This document shows, piece by piece, positions 61,795 to 64,000 of a stretch of 64,000 bases of DNA. Numbering within the stretch: position 1 is the first letter of the stretch; each line of letters starts with the position of its first letter. The stretch is from positions 97,494-161,493 of the forward strand of contig NIVC01000406.1 in the NCBI GenBank assembly GCA_002269645.1. The letters are read 5' to 3'. The stretch comes from Macrostomum lignano. Taxonomy: Eukaryota. The translations under genes were made by a program, and so were the position numbers. The notes below the pieces were generated by a model that saw only the letters and a list, made by a program, of their open reading frames with translations, ran no database searches and was not told the origin of the DNA.

Positions 61795-62610
61795 TAGGGT
61801 TGGGTTTATGTTTAGGCAGGTTTGGGTTTAGGTTTAGGTTTTAGGCTAAGGTTTGTTTGGGTTTAGGTTTAGGTTTAGGCTAAGGTTTGGGTGTAGGGTT
61901 TAGGTTTTAGGCTAAGGTTTGGGTGTAGGGTTTAGGTTTTAGGCTAAGGTTTGTTTGGGTTTAGGTTTAGGTTTAGGCTAAGGTTTGGGTGTAGGGTTTA
62001 GGTTTTAGGCTAAGGTTTGTTTGGGTTTAGGTTTAGGTTTTAGGCTAAGGTTTGGGTGTAGGGTTTAGGTTTTAGGCTAAGGTTTGTTTGGGTTTAGGTT
62101 TAGGTTTAGGCTAAGGTTTGGGTTTAGGGTTTAGAGTTTAGGCTAAGGTTTGTTTGGGTTTAGGTTTAGGTTTAGGTTAAGGTTTGGTTTTTGGGTTTAG
62201 GGTTTAGGCTAACGTTTGCTTGGGTTTAGGTTTAGGTTTAGGCTAAGGTTTGGGTTTAGGTTTAGATCAGGGGTCGGCAAACTTTTTTACCTTAAGGGCC
62301 AGACAGAGAAACTAGCGCATGACTGCTGGTCAGAGGAGGGCAGAGAGAAGAGGGAGTGGAGAAGAGAGAGTTAAGATAGCTAAAAAGGAGAAGAGAGGAG
62401 AGGAGTGATGAATTAGAGAGAAGAGAAGGTGAGAGAAGAGAAGAGATAAACCTTGAGCGGGTCGGATTGCCATTGTGAAGTTTCAAAGGACCAGAGGGCC
62501 GGATAAAGAGGCTTGGCGGGCCGGAGTTTGCCGACCCCTGGTTTAGGGTTTAGGCTAAGGTTTAGGTTAGGGTTAGGGTTTAAGATAAGGTTTAGGTTAG
62601 GGTTAGGGTT
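61795..62610. repeat. Interstitial telomere-like tract (TTAGGG/TTTAGG variants, ~66-bp higher-order unit)
   Basis: GTTTGTTTGG marker recurs at 61949, 62015, 62082 and 62148; interrupted by a hAT MITE. Confidence 0.9.
62268..62540 (+). mobile_element. hAT (Charlie-like) MITE, 273 bp
   Basis: Perfect 16-bp TIRs CAGGGGTCGGCAAACT / AGTTTGCCGACCCCTG, 8-bp TSD GTTTAGAT/GTTTAGGG, GGGCCGGA subterminal motifs. Confidence 0.9.
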
Positions 62611-63459
62611 GGAGTCGGCAGTCAGTTTGCGGCAGTCAGTGGTCGTAGACCTCATTACTGCCATACAACACGAAATCATAGATCTATAGAGGCTTAACTA
62701 ATATTAAATATAATAAAAACTATTAGGCAGAGGTTGACCGAGACAGAAAGTTCCATTGAGATTCAGAATAAAGTGGGCGAGTCTTCATGCCTGAATTTTC
62801 TATATCCAAACTTCTATTTAATTTATTTTCCAATCCAACTCGCCATAATTCAATTTTTATCGTGTTGGCCCAAAGTTTTTAGAAAGAAAGTAAAACATTC
62901 TAACTAGTGTTGGCCGCATGTCCAAGACATACTACTGTTATTACCTACTGTTTATGTAATCAGTAATAATTAAGTGGCAATTTTAGCTTGTTAGGAATAT
63001 TATATCAAATAGTCATTCGAGTTTCAATAGTTCCCTGTTCCATGCACTCTCACCGTCTCCCTATCATCCTCTCTATACTACTTGTATCAGCAAATTAGGA
63101 GTTTACTATTTTGACATTTTAGTATATTATATAAAGTTTATTTATATGTAGTTTTCCATCTAAGCTCTATCTATTTTTTAACGAAGGTAAACAATATATA
63201 CGGTCCAATGTTAAATCAGCGCCTTTCATAATAACTTGCTAATAATCAAAGTCTTATTAATATTTATCGGTACACTGGGCACATATTTATTTATTAGAGG
63301 TTGCTTTTGATTACAGGAAATATCTTTCTTTTAGCGACATTAATTTCAGCTTCTTGTTAAAGTGTTATAAATTATTGAAAAAACTTCTAATATAAATTCA
63401 CTTCGACACAGAAGTGAAAGCAAAGTCGATACGAAAGTCTGTTAGACACCGGTCTGGGT

Positions 63460-63965
63460 AGCCCTCACTCTGATCCTCTTAAATATGGGAAACCAGCCTC
63501 ACTCTGATCCTGTTTAATATGGGAAACCAGCCTCACTCTGATCCTGTTAGATATGGGAAACCAGCCCCACTCTGATCCTGTTAGATATGGGAAACCAGCC
63601 CCACTCTGATCCTGTTAGATATGGGAAACCAGCCTCACTCTGATCCTGTTAGATATGGGAAACCAGCCCCACTCTGATCCTGTTAGATATGGGAAACCAG
63701 CCTCACTCTGATCCTGTTAGATATGGGAAACCAGCCTCACTCTGATCCTGTTAGATATGGGAAACCAGCCTCACTCTGATCCTGTTAGATATGGGAAACC
63801 AGCCTCACTCTGATCCTGTTAGATATGGGAAACCAGCCTCACTCTGACCCTGTTAGATAGGGGAAACCAGCCTCACTCTGATACTGTTAGATATGGGAAA
63901 CCAGCCTCACTCTGATCCTGTTAGATAAGGAAAGCAGCCGCAGTCTGATCCTGTTAGACACGGGA
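63460..63965. repeat. 34-bp minisatellite (GGGAAACCAGCCTCACTCTGATCCTGTTAGATAT)n
   Basis: About 14 copies, degenerate edges. Confidence 0.95.
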
Positions 63966-64000
63966 ATACAGCCTCTAATGATTAAATCCTAATGTAACAT

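Overview
Eukaryotic genomic DNA, not prokaryotic. It has GT-AG introns, GC-rich exons with polyQ/polyA runs, AT-rich spacers, and about 25 kb (~40%; ~70% of the first 16.5 kb) of tandem repeats in more than 25 distinct arrays. This composition suggests a free-living flatworm such as Macrostomum (inference, not proven). Five genes can be modelled with consistent splice phases: a 2-exon DEG/ENaC channel (+, 16808-18856), an intronless class A peptide-type GPCR (+, 22201-23484), a 12-exon UHRF1BP1/BLTP3 (SHIP164-like) lipid-transfer protein (+, 30827-52892, 1361 aa), SQSTM1/p62 (-, 58660-57271) and a family I inorganic pyrophosphatase (+, 59426/59726-61724) head-to-head with it. Mobile elements are an internally deleted mariner, two copies of a hAT MITE and three copies of a tRNA-headed CORE-like SINE. 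Almost all long ORFs in the supplied track are translated satellites and are rejected. Best leads: (i) a ~950 bp (ATCT)n array inside a splice-flanked, exon-like segment of a BLTP3 intron, whose copy number would set the frame; (ii) a start codon made across a splice junction that gives the PPase a mitochondrial-type presequence; (iii) inverted pairs of the same satellite; (iv) a minisatellite seen beside its unexpanded progenitor; (v) a DEG/ENaC with non-canonical HG and GAS motifs. Exon-like islands at 2-13.5 kb, 25.8-29.2 kb and 55-56 kb could not be assigned to a known family. All coordinates were counted by eye; array edges are approximate.
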